Shown piece by piece: positions 54,914 through 64,000 of a stretch of DNA of 64,000 nucleotides. Both the position numbers and the translations under genes were made by a program. The notes under the pieces are model-generated. The model was not told the DNA's origin. It searched no databases and saw only the letters and a list, made by a program, of their open reading frames with translations. The stretch is from an uncultured SAR86 cluster bacterium (GTDB lineage Bacteria; Pseudomonadota; Gammaproteobacteria; Magnimaribacterales; AG-339-G14): contig CABZIF010000002.1 in the NCBI GenBank assembly GCA_902525735.1, positions 5,072 to 69,071 on the forward strand. The letters are read 5' to 3'. How positions within the stretch are numbered: the stretch's first letter is position 1; each line of letters starts with the position of its first letter.

Positions 54914-56253
54914 TAATTTATATCTAAAACTTTTTCTAGGTAGTTTATAGATATATTTGCTTTTCTAAAGTTCTCTTCGCCTAAAATAATTTCTTGTAGT
55001 TCTTTGTTCGTATCTATTCCTTCAACAAAAAATTCTTCTAAAGCAAAGGACATTCGACACAAAGCCTCTTCTCTGTCTTTACCTTGTGTACAAATTTTTG
55101 CTATCAAAGCATCGTAATAAGGAGAAATAACGCATCCGTCATAAACGTGAGAATCGACTCTCACCCCAATACCCCCTGGCTTACCCCATTCTGTAATCTT
55201 TCCTGGAGACGGAATAAATGTTTTTGGATGTTCGGCATTTATTCGACACTGAATTGCATGACCGCGAACACTAATTTCTTCTTGTTTTATTTCAAGTTCT
55301 TCACCTGCTGCTATTTCAATTTGAAGCTTAACTAGATCATAATTGGTTATCATTTCCGAAACAGTATGTTCAACCTGTAATCTAGTATTCATTTCTATGA
55401 AATAAAATTCCTCATCTTTGTACAAAAACTCAAAAGTTCCAGCACCTTTATATTTCATTTTTTTACAGCACTCAGTACACAATCTAAATAATTCTTGTTT
55501 TTTTTCTTCAGGTATATTCAAAGCTGGAGCTTCTTCAACAATTTTTTGATTTTTCCTTTGAATCGAACAATCCCTTTCATAAAAATGAAGAGCATTTCCA
55601 AAATTATCTGCTAAAACTTGGACCTCAATATGTCGAGGACTATCAAGAAATTTCTCTAAATATATTTCATCGCTGCCAAAACTGTTTAATGCCTCTTGTT
55701 GAGTCAATTTCATTTTTGGAATTAAATCATCTTCTTCATAGACTATCGAGATTCCTCTTCCTCCACCTCCAGCCGCTGCTTTTATCATTATCGGATAACC
55801 AATTTCTTTAGCTTTTGACAAAGTTTCCCTATTAGTAGCAGAAACCCTTCCGCTTCCTGGTACGCACTTTAAACCAGCATCAACAGCCATTTCTTTTGCT
55901 GAAATTTTATTACCCATAATTCTTATAGATTCTGGATCTGGACCGATGAAAGTGTAGCCACTTGCTACTACTTGTTCAGCAAAATGATCGTTTTCCGCTA
56001 AAAAGCCTACCCCTGGATGAATGGCCTCAGCGTTAGTCAATTCACATGCACTTATAATTGCAGGAATATTCAAATAACTTTTTGATGACTCAGGAGGACC
56101 AATGCATACAGCCTCATCAGCCATTTTTACATGTTTTAAGTCTTTATCAGCCTCAGAATATATTGCAACCGTGCCGATACCCATTTCTTTGCATGCTTTA
56201 AGAACTCTAAGGGCAATCTCGCCTCTATTAGCGATTAATATTTTTGAGAACAT
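54913..56253 (-). CDS. accC: acetyl-CoA carboxylase biotin carboxylase subunit
   Basis: 446 aa. MFSKILIANRGEIALRV, GYPIMIKAAAGGGGRG, EMNTRLQVEH. Confidence 0.97.
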   Translation of the reverse strand: MFSKILIANRGEIALRVLKACKEMGIGTVAIYSEADKDLKHVKMADEAVCIGPPESSKSYLNIPAIISACELTNAEAIHPGVGFLAENDHFAEQVVASGYTFIGPDPESIRIMGNKISAKEMAVDAGLKCVPGSGRVSATNRETLSKAKEIGYPIMIKAAAGGGGRGISIVYEEDDLIPKMKLTQQEALNSFGSDEIYLEKFLDSPRHIEVQVLADNFGNALHFYERDCSIQRKNQKIVEEAPALNIPEEKKQELFRLCTECCKKMKYKGAGTFEFLYKDEEFYFIEMNTRLQVEHTVSEMITNYDLVKLQIEIAAGEELEIKQEEISVRGHAIQCRINAEHPKTFIPSPGKITEWGKPGGIGVRVDSHVYDGCVISPYYDALIAKICTQGKDREEALCRMSFALEEFFVEGIDTNKELQEIILGEENFRKANISINYLEKVLDIN

Positions 56254-56715
56254 TTATTCCTCGATTACAAAAAGAGCTTCCCCATATTCAACTGGCTCAG
56301 CATCAGCAATTAAGATCTCTTTAATTATTCCGTTGTAATCTGATTTGACCTCATTCATCATTTTCATAGCTTCGATGATGCATAACACATCGCCCTCAGA
56401 TACTTTATCTCCGACTTTAACAAACGGATCAGCCCCAGGATTGGGAGAACTATAAAAAGTTCCAACCATAGGAGAATTTATACTTTTTCCTTCTATGACT
56501 TTGGCTTCAGCCGTTTCAGAAGTCTCTTTTTTAGTTTCTGTCTCCGAAGAAGGAGATTCCATTACTTGAGGTAAAGGATTAATCATTTGAGGGGTTTGAA
56601 AAGTTCCTGCAGATTTAACCAATTTAACCGATTCTTCACCTTCTTTAATTACAATTTCATTCAAAGAAGAATTTTCTAGCATCTCAATTAATTTTTTTAC
56701 TTTTCTAATATCCAT
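56254..56715 (-). CDS. accB: acetyl-CoA carboxylase biotin carboxyl carrier protein
   Basis: 153 aa. The C-terminal biotinyl domain carries the IEAMKMMNE motif. Confidence 0.93.
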   Translation of the reverse strand: MDIRKVKKLIEMLENSSLNEIVIKEGEESVKLVKSAGTFQTPQMINPLPQVMESPSSETETKKETSETAEAKVIEGKSINSPMVGTFYSSPNPGADPFVKVGDKVSEGDVLCIIEAMKMMNEVKSDYNGIIKEILIADAEPVEYGEALFVIEE

Positions 56716-56723
56716 AATAACTC

Positions 56724-57158
56724 CTAGGTTTTTTCCATTGCCAAATTTAAGGCTGCCTCGTACCCTTTATCTCCAAATCCAGAAATAATTCCTAATGCAA
56801 TATCAGAAAAGTAAGATTTTTCTCTGAAACTTTCCCTACCATAAATATTACTTATGTGAATTTCAATCATGGGAATGTCCACCCCTAAAATTGCATCTCT
56901 CAATGCAACACTTGTGTGCGTAAAGGCTCCAGGATTAAATAATATACAAGAGACTTTATTTTTTTTTGCTTCTTGAATTGCGTTTACCAATTCGTGTTCA
57001 GCATTGCTTTGAAAACATGAAAGATTGATAGAATTATTGCTAGCTATTTCTAAAAGATTTGACTCAATTTCCTCTAAAGTAAGCGAACCATAAATTTCTT
57101 TTTCTCTAGTGCCTAAGAGATTTAAGTTAGGTCCATTTAATAAAAGAATGCTTTTCAT
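56724..57158 (-). CDS. aroQ: type II 3-dehydroquinate dehydratase
   Basis: 144 aa. [34 protein letters not shown]. Confidence 0.93.
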   Translation of the reverse strand: MKSILLLNGPNLNLLGTREKEIYGSLTLEEIESNLLEIASNNSINLSCFQSNAEHELVNAIQEAKKNKVSCILFNPGAFTHTSVALRDAILGVDIPMIEIHISNIYGRESFREKSYFSDIALGIISGFGDKGYEAALNLAMEKT

Positions 57159-57194
57159 AGAAATTTTAAGGATTTGACGAATTTTAACGATTTT

Positions 57195-57641
57195 TCAAAG
57201 AAATTCAAAGAAAATGTTTGATTTGTTGTCCTTTTTGATTTTAATGTTTTTCGAAATTTTTGGGTAACAAATAATATTTTCCAAACATCCTTGGTAGGTA
57301 AGTGTTAAGGATTTGTTGGTATATTTATCTAAGTCTCTCACCAATAAGTCCAAATTATTCCTATATATTAAGCTTTCTCCAAGAAATTCATCTTTAATTT
57401 TTAATAATTCTCCAATACTCTCATAAGAAATATCATTTGGACCATCTTTTAAAGACAATTGTTCTGAGTATATATAAGATTTCTTATTTATTAATATGGA
57501 AATAATTAGATCGTCGTCACATTCTCTTGATGAAAGTTTGAATGAATCTTCAGAGGACAATATTTCAGAAGAAAAAAAATTTTCATCTGAAGAGTATGTA
57601 TTCAGTGTTAAGAATAATAAAAGAATGAGTATTTTTTTCAC
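57195..57641 (-). CDS. stand-alone DsbD N-terminal (alpha) domain protein, periplasmic
   Basis: 148 aa with a signal peptide. It is collinear with E. coli nDsbD: KDEFLGESLIYRNNL aligns with EDEFYGKSEIYRDRL, and LTLTYQGCLENIICYP aligns with LTVTYQGCADAGFCYP, the catalytic Cys pair. The ORF stops where the DsbD membrane domain would begin. Confidence 0.7.
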   Translation of the reverse strand: MKKILILLLFLTLNTYSSDENFFSSEILSSEDSFKLSSRECDDDLIISILINKKSYIYSEQLSLKDGPNDISYESIGELLKIKDEFLGESLIYRNNLDLLVRDLDKYTNKSLTLTYQGCLENIICYPKISKNIKIKKDNKSNIFFEFL

Positions 57642-57737
57642 CGGATTATAACTTTTCTTTAAATTGATTGTCTTATAGTCTACTCAACTAAATATTCTGA
57701 TGATAAAGTCACAAAATAACAATCTATTCTTTTAAAA

Positions 57738-59402
57738 ATGTCAAAAAAACGGAAATACTCTTCTTCTTTAGTTGATGGCCCACTTCAAGCAACTGCTAGG
57801 TCAATGTTGAGGGCTGCAGGATTTAGTGATGATGATTTTTCTAAACCACAAGTTGGGGTAGCTTCAACTTGGTCAATGGTTACGCCTTGCAACATGCACA
57901 TTAATGATTTGGCCTCTCTAATATGCAGCTCTATTAATGATGAAAATTTGAAATCTGTGCTTTTTAATACAATCACGATCTCTGATGGAATATCAATGGG
58001 AACATTAGGAATGAGATATTCTTTAGTTTCAAGAGAAGTAATAGCTGATTCAATCGAAACAGTTGTTGAATGCCAGTCATTTGATGGAGTAGTTGCAATA
58101 GGTGGATGCGATAAAAATATGCCAGGTTGTTTGATAGGACTTGCAAGATTAAACAGACCTTCAATTTTTGTTTACGGTGGCTCAATCAGACCGGGTAAAA
58201 ATCACACTGACTTAGTAACGGTCATGGAAGGTATTGGAAGCTATAGTAGCAACAAGATTTCGGAGAAAGAATTAATTGCAATTGAAAAAACTGCTCTACC
58301 TGGCCCTGGTTCTTGTGGGGGTATGTATACAGCTAATACTATGGCATCTGCAATAGAGGCTCTAGGAATGAGCTTACCAGGAAGTAGCTCTCAAGATGCC
58401 ATTTCAAAAGAAAAAAAAATAGATTGTAAAAGTATTGGAAAAGCTATCGACAATCTCTTAGAAAAAGATATAAAACCATCAGACATAATGACGCGCAAAG
58501 CATTCGAAAATGCTATCAGAGTAATTATTGCGCTTGGCGGATCTACTAATGCGGTTTTGCATTTAATTGCAATGGCTAAAAGTATCAATGTTGAGTTAAA
58601 TATTGATGATTTTGAAAAAATAGGGAAAAAAAGTCCGCTACTGGCAGATCTTAGACCATCAGGACATTATTTAATGTCTGAATTAAATGAAATAGGAGGC
58701 ATTCAGCCATTAATGAAAACTCTTTTGGATGCTGATTTATTACATGGAGATTGTCTTACAGTTACAGGTAAAACTATTTCAGAGAATCTTAAAGATGTTG
58801 AACCATATCCTGAAAATCAAAAAATTATCTCGTCTTTGGATAAACCTATAAAAAAAGACAGCCATTTGAAAATTTTAAAAGGAAATTTAGCAGAAGAAGG
58901 CGCAGTAGCAAAAATAACAGGTAAAGAAGGATTGAGATTTGTTGGAAAAGCAAAAGTTTTTAATTCAGAAGAAGAAACTTTAGATGCAATTTATGGGTCT
59001 GAAATTAAGTCGGGAGATGTAATTGTTGTTAGATACGAAGGCCCAGTAGGAGGACCCGGAATGCGAGAAATGTTAAAGCCTACCTCAGCTATTATGGGAC
59101 AGGGATTAGGCGATAAGGTTGCTTTTTTAACTGATGGTAGATTTTCTGGTGGTTCTCATGGGTTCGTTGTTGGACACATCACTCCTGAAGCTGCAACTGG
59201 AGGTTTAATAGGTTTGTTAGAAAACGGTGATGAGGTGACAATTGATGCAGAAAAAGGAACTATTGATGCAAATTTAACTGAAGATGAAATTACTTTGAGG
59301 AAGAAAAATTGGACCAATCCAAAACCAATTCCGAGCAAAGGAGTTCTTTCAAAGTATGCAAGAAGCGTTAAATCAGCATCTGAAGGAGCAGTAACTGATT
59401 AA
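57738..59402 (+). CDS. ilvD: dihydroxy-acid dehydratase
   Basis: 554 aa. Fe-S ligand contexts ([27 protein letters not shown]), [11 protein letters not shown]. Confidence 0.96.
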   Translation: MSKKRKYSSSLVDGPLQATARSMLRAAGFSDDDFSKPQVGVASTWSMVTPCNMHINDLASLICSSINDENLKSVLFNTITISDGISMGTLGMRYSLVSREVIADSIETVVECQSFDGVVAIGGCDKNMPGCLIGLARLNRPSIFVYGGSIRPGKNHTDLVTVMEGIGSYSSNKISEKELIAIEKTALPGPGSCGGMYTANTMASAIEALGMSLPGSSSQDAISKEKKIDCKSIGKAIDNLLEKDIKPSDIMTRKAFENAIRVIIALGGSTNAVLHLIAMAKSINVELNIDDFEKIGKKSPLLADLRPSGHYLMSELNEIGGIQPLMKTLLDADLLHGDCLTVTGKTISENLKDVEPYPENQKIISSLDKPIKKDSHLKILKGNLAEEGAVAKITGKEGLRFVGKAKVFNSEEETLDAIYGSEIKSGDVIVVRYEGPVGGPGMREMLKPTSAIMGQGLGDKVAFLTDGRFSGGSHGFVVGHITPEAATGGLIGLLENGDEVTIDAEKGTIDANLTEDEITLRKKNWTNPKPIPSKGVLSKYARSVKSASEGAVTD

Positions 59403-59446
59403 TCAATTAAACTTGTAAAAAAAAATTACTGCCTCATAATATTTCT

Positions 59447-59770
59447 ATGTCTAAAACAATTGAGCTTACAGATGATAATTTCGAACAAGAAATCTCTAAT
59501 AGAGAGGTTCCCATTTTAGTTGATTATTGGGCCGAATGGTGCGGACCTTGCAAAATGGTAGCACCAATACTGGAAGAGGTAGCTCAAGATTTAGAAGGGA
59601 AACTAATCATAGGAAAAGTTGACGTAGATCAAAATAAAGATTCTGCTTTAAAACAAAAAGTTATGAGTATTCCTACATTAGTTTTATTTAAAAACGGGGA
59701 GCCTGTTGATCAAAGGATAGGTGCATTAACGAAAACACAATTAGAGGATTTTTTAAGCCAACATATTTAA
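59447..59770 (+). CDS. trxA: thioredoxin 1
   Basis: 107 aa with the WAEWCGPCK active site. It lies upstream of rho, as in E. coli. Confidence 0.95.
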   Translation: MSKTIELTDDNFEQEISNREVPILVDYWAEWCGPCKMVAPILEEVAQDLEGKLIIGKVDVDQNKDSALKQKVMSIPTLVLFKNGEPVDQRIGALTKTQLEDFLSQHI

Positions 59771-59793
59771 CTAGTTAAGCTAGACTAGTTTTT
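59769..59793 (+). terminator. weak AT-rich hairpin plus T-run after trxA (possible terminator/attenuator ahead of rho)
   Basis: AACTAGT-TAAGCTAG-ACTAGTT followed by TTT: a 7-bp stem overlapping the trxA stop codon. The stem is low in GC, so this is tentative. Confidence 0.35.
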
Positions 59794-59867
59794 CAATAGA
59801 TGTTTAAATACATTTCTTAGCTTACCGCTAACAATTTCCAGACTTCAATTTTATTAACATAAAAAGT

Positions 59868-61130
59868 ATGCATTTAGGCGAACTTAAAGCAAAACCCATA
59901 GACGAACTTCTCTCTATTGCAGGAGAGATGGGTATCGAAAATATTGCGAGATCAAAAAAACAAGACGTAATTTTTAGTATCCTAAAAAAACATTCAAAGT
60001 CTGGTGAGGATATAGAAGGAGAAGGAGTGTTAGAGATTCTGAATGATGGGTTTGGATTTTTAAGGTCCCCAACTGGATCTTATGTTGCTGGACCAGACGA
60101 TATTTATGTTTCTCCTAGTCAAATTAGACGTTTCGGTCTAAAAACTGGAGATTCTATTTCTGGAAAGATCAGACCTCCAAAAGATGGTGAAAGATACTTT
60201 GCTCTCTTAAAAATTGATCTCATTAATTTTGAAGCAACAGACAAAACAAAAACAAAAATTGCTTTTGAAAATTTAACCCCATTATTTCCTGAAGAAAGAA
60301 TTATTATGGAATCCGGCAATGGAACTACAGAAGACCTATCTGCAAGAATTATTGACTTAATTTCACCAACCGGAAAAGGACAAAGAGGACTTATTGTATC
60401 TCCACCCAAGGCTGGAAAAACTTTATTGCTTCAGAGTATCGCTCATTCAATTGAAAAAAATAGCCCTGAAAGTACTTTAATGGTTTTACTTATCGATGAG
60501 AGACCTGAAGAAGTTACTGACATGATTAGAACGGTCAAAGGCGAAGTAATAGCCAGTACTTTTGATGAGCCTCCTTCGAGACATGTCCAAGTAGCGGAAA
60601 TGGCAATTGCTAAAGCAAAAAGATTAGTCGAGACAGGAAATGACGTAATAATTTTATTAGATTCGATTACTCGTTTAGGAAGAGCATATAATTCCACGCA
60701 GGCTTCTTCTGGAAAAATATTAACTGGTGGAGTGGATGCAAATGCCCTTGAAAAGCCAAAAAGATTTTTTGGTGCTGCTAGAAACATTGAAGGCGGTGGC
60801 AGTTTAACGATCATAGCTACAGCACTTATAGATACTGGTTCTAGAATGGATGAAGTTATTTATGAAGAATTTAAGGGAACCGGAAATCAAGAAATCCACT
60901 TAGATAGAGCTATTGCAGAAAAAAGAATTTTTCCCTCTATCAATATAAGAAGATCTGGAACTAGACGAGAAGAATTAATTACAGAAGAGGTCGACTTAGC
61001 TAGGATAAATATTTTGAGAAAACTTTTGCATGATATGGAAGATATTAATGCTACCGAATGGCTAATAGATAAGTTAAGAAAGCATAAAACTAATAATGAG
61101 TTTTTTGATTCTATGAAAAAATCAAAATAA
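59868..61130 (+). CDS. rho: transcription termination factor Rho
   Basis: 420 aa. [18 protein letters not shown]-binding domain (GFGFLR), P-loop [21 protein letters not shown]-like [11 protein letters not shown]. Confidence 0.97.
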   Translation: MHLGELKAKPIDELLSIAGEMGIENIARSKKQDVIFSILKKHSKSGEDIEGEGVLEILNDGFGFLRSPTGSYVAGPDDIYVSPSQIRRFGLKTGDSISGKIRPPKDGERYFALLKIDLINFEATDKTKTKIAFENLTPLFPEERIIMESGNGTTEDLSARIIDLISPTGKGQRGLIVSPPKAGKTLLLQSIAHSIEKNSPESTLMVLLIDERPEEVTDMIRTVKGEVIASTFDEPPSRHVQVAEMAIAKAKRLVETGNDVIILLDSITRLGRAYNSTQASSGKILTGGVDANALEKPKRFFGAARNIEGGGSLTIIATALIDTGSRMDEVIYEEFKGTGNQEIHLDRAIAEKRIFPSINIRRSGTRREELITEEVDLARINILRKLLHDMEDINATEWLIDKLRKHKTNNEFFDSMKKSK

Positions 61131-61688
61131 ATTATTAATTAATCTGTAAGATTTTCCGCCAAAACTCTTTTCTCTAATAATTTCTTGACCTTCAAAAAGA
61201 AAATCAATTTTTAAATTTTTTTCAGTTTCTAAATAGATAATTGTCTTTTTATCTAAATAGTTATTTTTTTTTAAAAGTTTAAAAATTTTTTCTGCAAGAC
61301 CATTTTTAAATGGAGGATCAACAAAGATAACGTCTATTTTTTCTCCGGAGTAGGGTTTTTTTAACCATTCTAAACAATCAACATTATGTAGTTCTATTCT
61401 TTGATCTATGTCAAATGATGTTAAATTTTCATTTAAATTTTTAAAAGTTTTAATATCTTTTTCAATAAAAAAAACTTTTTTGGAACCTCTAGATAAAGAT
61501 TCTAAGCCCATGGCTCCAGTTCCTGAAAATAAATCTAAACAAGTAAAGTCAAAAAGATCTTGACCAAGCCAGTTGAAGATCATTTCTTTGGCTCTGTCGG
61601 GAGTGGGCCTCAAAGTAGAATCTAAATTAAAAAGTATTTTTTTTCCTTTCCATTTTCCTCCAATAATTCTTACTTTTCCTGTTTTCAT
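61122..61688 (-). CDS. rsmD: 16S rRNA (guanine966-N2)-methyltransferase
   Basis: 188 aa. [39 protein letters not shown]. Confidence 0.85.
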   Translation of the reverse strand: MKTGKVRIIGGKWKGKKILFNLDSTLRPTPDRAKEMIFNWLGQDLFDFTCLDLFSGTGAMGLESLSRGSKKVFFIEKDIKTFKNLNENLTSFDIDQRIELHNVDCLEWLKKPYSGEKIDVIFVDPPFKNGLAEKIFKLLKKNNYLDKKTIIYLETEKNLKIDFLFEGQEIIREKSFGGKSYRLINNLF

Positions 61689-61734
61689 TTAATTAATTTA
61701 AGTAATTTATTCGTGACATAATAACTGATCTAAT

Positions 61735-62202
61735 TTGTATGATTCCATGGAAAAAGAATTTTTAGAAATATTGAGAACATTATCTCAAACCGTTTTTGTT
61801 TTATCTGCTGATAATGAAAAAGAAAGACATGCAATGACGGTTTCTTCTGTAGCATCTTTAAGTTTAAATCCACCATCAATGATGGTTGGGGTAAATAAAG
61901 ATGCGTCAATAAATAATGTTTTACGAAAGGGCTCAAATTTTTGTTTAAATCTTTTAAAAAACTCTCAAAGTAAAATTGCGGATACCTGCAGTGGAGTAGA
62001 AGAGGGTGAAGAGCGATTTAAAAATGATCCTTGGATTTCAAGTAATCCAGTTTTTTTAGACGAAGCGCAATCCAATATTTTTTGCAAAGTTGTAGAGATA
62101 ATTCCTTTTTCAACTCACTCAATAGTTGTTGGAGAGGTTCTAAAATTAAATCATTCCGGAAAAATGGAACCATTGATTTATCAGAACGGCGATTATATTT
62201 GA
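61735..62202 (+). CDS. flavin reductase-like domain protein
   Basis: 155 aa. ...HAMTVSSVASLSLNPPSMMVGVNK... is typical of the Flavin_Reduct domain. Confidence 0.75.
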   Translation: MYDSMEKEFLEILRTLSQTVFVLSADNEKERHAMTVSSVASLSLNPPSMMVGVNKDASINNVLRKGSNFCLNLLKNSQSKIADTCSGVEEGEERFKNDPWISSNPVFLDEAQSNIFCKVVEIIPFSTHSIVVGEVLKLNHSGKMEPLIYQNGDYI

Positions 62203-62396
62203 CTGCATTCTTTCTTCATACAAGTCCATTTTCCTTCTATTTTTTTTGCCTTTGAAATCTCAATATAAGTTGAACAAATTGAACACTTAACTAAAGCATT
62301 GCTGGATTGATTGATATCAAGATCCTCATTTTTAAAGAGGTACGATATTGAAAGAATAATTAAAACAAATAGTGAAATTAGAATAAGGTTTAACAC
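62193..62396 (-). CDS. small membrane-anchored Cys-rich (zinc-ribbon-like) protein
   Basis: 67 aa. N-terminal TM helix, C-terminal CSIC....(17)....CMKKEC. It resembles the small 'PP0621-type' proteins, from memory only. Confidence 0.5.
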   Translation of the reverse strand: MLNLILISLFVLIILSISYLFKNEDLDINQSSNALVKCSICSTYIEISKAKKIEGKWTCMKKECSQI

Positions 62397-62409
62397 TTTT
62401 TAAGTTTGT

Positions 62410-63180
62410 TTAACTTGGATTCAGATTTTTTTTAAACTTACTTAGGGCCTCCTCAACGTCTTTTTTCAAAACATCTTGTCCTAATTCTTCATAGGCAATG
62501 ATCATTATTTCAAGCGCTCTCTTAACCTGAGGAGTTTTTGGCATATGTTTTAAAACATAATCGGCTCTTGTGAGAGCAGCAACGAAAGCTTTTCTTTCCA
62601 GATAAAACTCTGCAACGTAAATCTCTTGTTTAGCAATTAAATTTCTCAAATAGATCATCCTCTGTTTGGCATTTCCTGCATATTCACTTTCTGGAAATCT
62701 AGTAATGAAGTCACTTAAATCTTCAAATGATTCTTTGGCTTCTGAGAGCTCTCTTTTATGCGTCATTTCGCCTAAGAATGGGGCACTAGCAAATAAATCT
62801 TTATCATTATTGAACTTAGCAAGTCCTTTTATATAGTAAGCATAATCAACATTGGGGTGTCTTGGGTGCAAGCTAATAAACCTTTCAGCTGCTAATATGG
62901 CTTGGTCATAATTTACGCTCTTGTAATAAGCATAAACAAGTTCGATTTGTGCTTGTTCCGCATATTTACCAAAAGGGAATCTCTTTTCAAGAGTTTCTAG
63001 AGTCAAAATTGCTGAAATAAAATTGTTAGTTTTTAATCTCCTCTGAGCTTGGTCATAAAGCTTTTTTTCAGCAATATCCTTTGTAATAACTTCCTGATCG
63101 GAAGCACAGCTTATAAAAAAAACTGGAATTAGCAGTACAAGAGCAAGAACTAAAATATTTAGTTTTTTAAAAAGTTTCAT
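62410..63180 (-). CDS. bamD: outer membrane protein assembly factor BamD
   Basis: 256 aa. Lipobox FISC and TPR-like repeats (YAEQAQIELVYAYYK, YAYYIKGL). It is divergent from rluD, as in E. coli. Confidence 0.88.
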   Translation of the reverse strand: MKLFKKLNILVLALVLLIPVFFISCASDQEVITKDIAEKKLYDQAQRRLKTNNFISAILTLETLEKRFPFGKYAEQAQIELVYAYYKSVNYDQAILAAERFISLHPRHPNVDYAYYIKGLAKFNNDKDLFASAPFLGEMTHKRELSEAKESFEDLSDFITRFPESEYAGNAKQRMIYLRNLIAKQEIYVAEFYLERKAFVAALTRADYVLKHMPKTPQVKRALEIMIIAYEELGQDVLKKDVEEALSKFKKNLNPS

Positions 63181-63220
63181 AAATTTAGATTATCCTATAT
63201 AGGAGATTATATATTTGAAA

Positions 63221-64000
63221 ATGGAAAATTACGTAATAAAAATAGTTCCTTCAGATCATTCAGGTCAAAGACTAGACTCAGTAATTGCAAAGTTATTTCC
63301 AGATTTTTCGAGATCTAAATTAAAAAAATGGCTAGATTCAGGTTCTGTCTTTGTAAATGATAACCCTTTAATAAAACCTAGCAAAAAAGTAACTGGTGGC
63401 GAGGAAATCAAAATTTTTATTGAAGAAGAAAAAATGGTTTCTGCAAAACCGCAAGATATTACATTTGAAGTAATGTACGAATCGATAGATTTTTTAATAG
63501 TTAATAAAGACGCTGGAATGGTCGTTCATCCTGGAGCAGGAAACCATAAAAATACTTTATTAAATGCTCTTTTATTCAAATTTCCAGAGCTAGAAAACCT
63601 TCCAAGAGCTGGAATTGTTCATCGGTTAGATAAAGAAACCTCGGGTTTAATGATTGTTGCTCGAAGTCAAAATGCTTACAAAAACTTATCTGAACAAATT
63701 TCACAAAGGTCGGTCAAAAGAACCTATCAGGCTTTTGTGGTTGGAAACGTATCTAGATCAGGAAGAGTTGAAGAACCTGTAGGCAGACATCCGCGCAATC
63801 GTCAAAAGCAAGCTGTTACAGACAAAGGAAAACATGCATTAACTAAATATTCCATTGTAAAAAAATATGGAAATTACACTCATTTAGAAGTGAATTTGGA
63901 AACTGGACGGACGCATCAAATTCGTGTCCATATGAGTCACATCGGGTTTCCATTAATTGGCGATGTTCTTTATGGCAGAAAAAAAAGATTTGCAAAATCA
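63221..64000 (+). CDS. rluD: 23S rRNA pseudouridine synthase RluD, N-terminal 260 aa (3' end outside window)
   Basis: This gene is not in the ORF track because it has no stop in the window. My own translation from the ATG at 63221 shows an S4 domain (GQRLDSVIAKLFPDFSRSKLKKW), HRLDKETSGLMIVA, and GRTHQIRVHMSHIGFPLIGD. Confidence 0.9.
   Translation, partial: MENYVIKIVPSDHSGQRLDSVIAKLFPDFSRSKLKKWLDSGSVFVNDNPLIKPSKKVTGGEEIKIFIEEEKMVSAKPQDITFEVMYESIDFLIVNKDAGMVVHPGAGNHKNTLLNALLFKFPELENLPRAGIVHRLDKETSGLMIVARSQNAYKNLSEQISQRSVKRTYQAFVVGNVSRSGRVEEPVGRHPRNRQKQAVTDKGKHALTKYSIVKKYGNYTHLEVNLETGRTHQIRVHMSHIGFPLIGDVLYGRKKRFAKS

Overview
This is a very AT-rich, almost gap-free chromosomal segment. Most spacers are under 100 bp, and many genes have start/stop overlaps or overlapping convergent 3' ends.

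Gene order is classically gammaproteobacterial: trpEGDC; purD-purH-fis; gshB/tonB-like/ruvX; dnaG-rpoD-tRNA-Ile(CAU); pepP-ubiH opposite zapA-ssrS-ygfA; nadD-rsfS-mrdA-rodA-mltB-dacA; holA-lptE-leuS; aroQ-accB-accC; trxA-rho; bamD/rluD. Compaction and composition suggest a streamlined marine lineage. SAR86-like is my guess and is inference only.

I found about 70 CDS, one tRNA, a 6S RNA, an rpmG gene missed by the ORF track, three Fur boxes with matching sigma70 promoters, and one strong bidirectional terminator. I found no transposase, integrase, phage gene, CRISPR array or recognisable defence or toxin-antitoxin gene.

The only accessory-looking part is about 12.7-29.2 kb.
- A Fur-box-controlled operon encodes a secreted parallel beta-helix protein and a diheme c-type cytochrome of unknown function. 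It sits head-to-head with fbpABC.
- A Fur-controlled TonB-dependent receptor follows.
- Next comes a 5-aminolevulinate synthase (Shemin/C4 type, unexpected in this synteny background), divergent from a single tightly coupled operon: hemC(-hemD-like fusion)-hemB-hemE-hemH-hemF-hemG plus an internally duplicated 4-TM protein.

Together these form an iron-acquisition and complete heme-synthesis supercluster. The beta-helix/cytochrome pair is the best candidate for an undescribed system.

Other oddities are a stand-alone DsbD alpha-domain where full-length dsbD normally sits, a Dut with an N-terminal extension, an FbpC lacking its regulatory domain, and loss of rlmH, rlpA, dusB and rpsU from otherwise conserved clusters.
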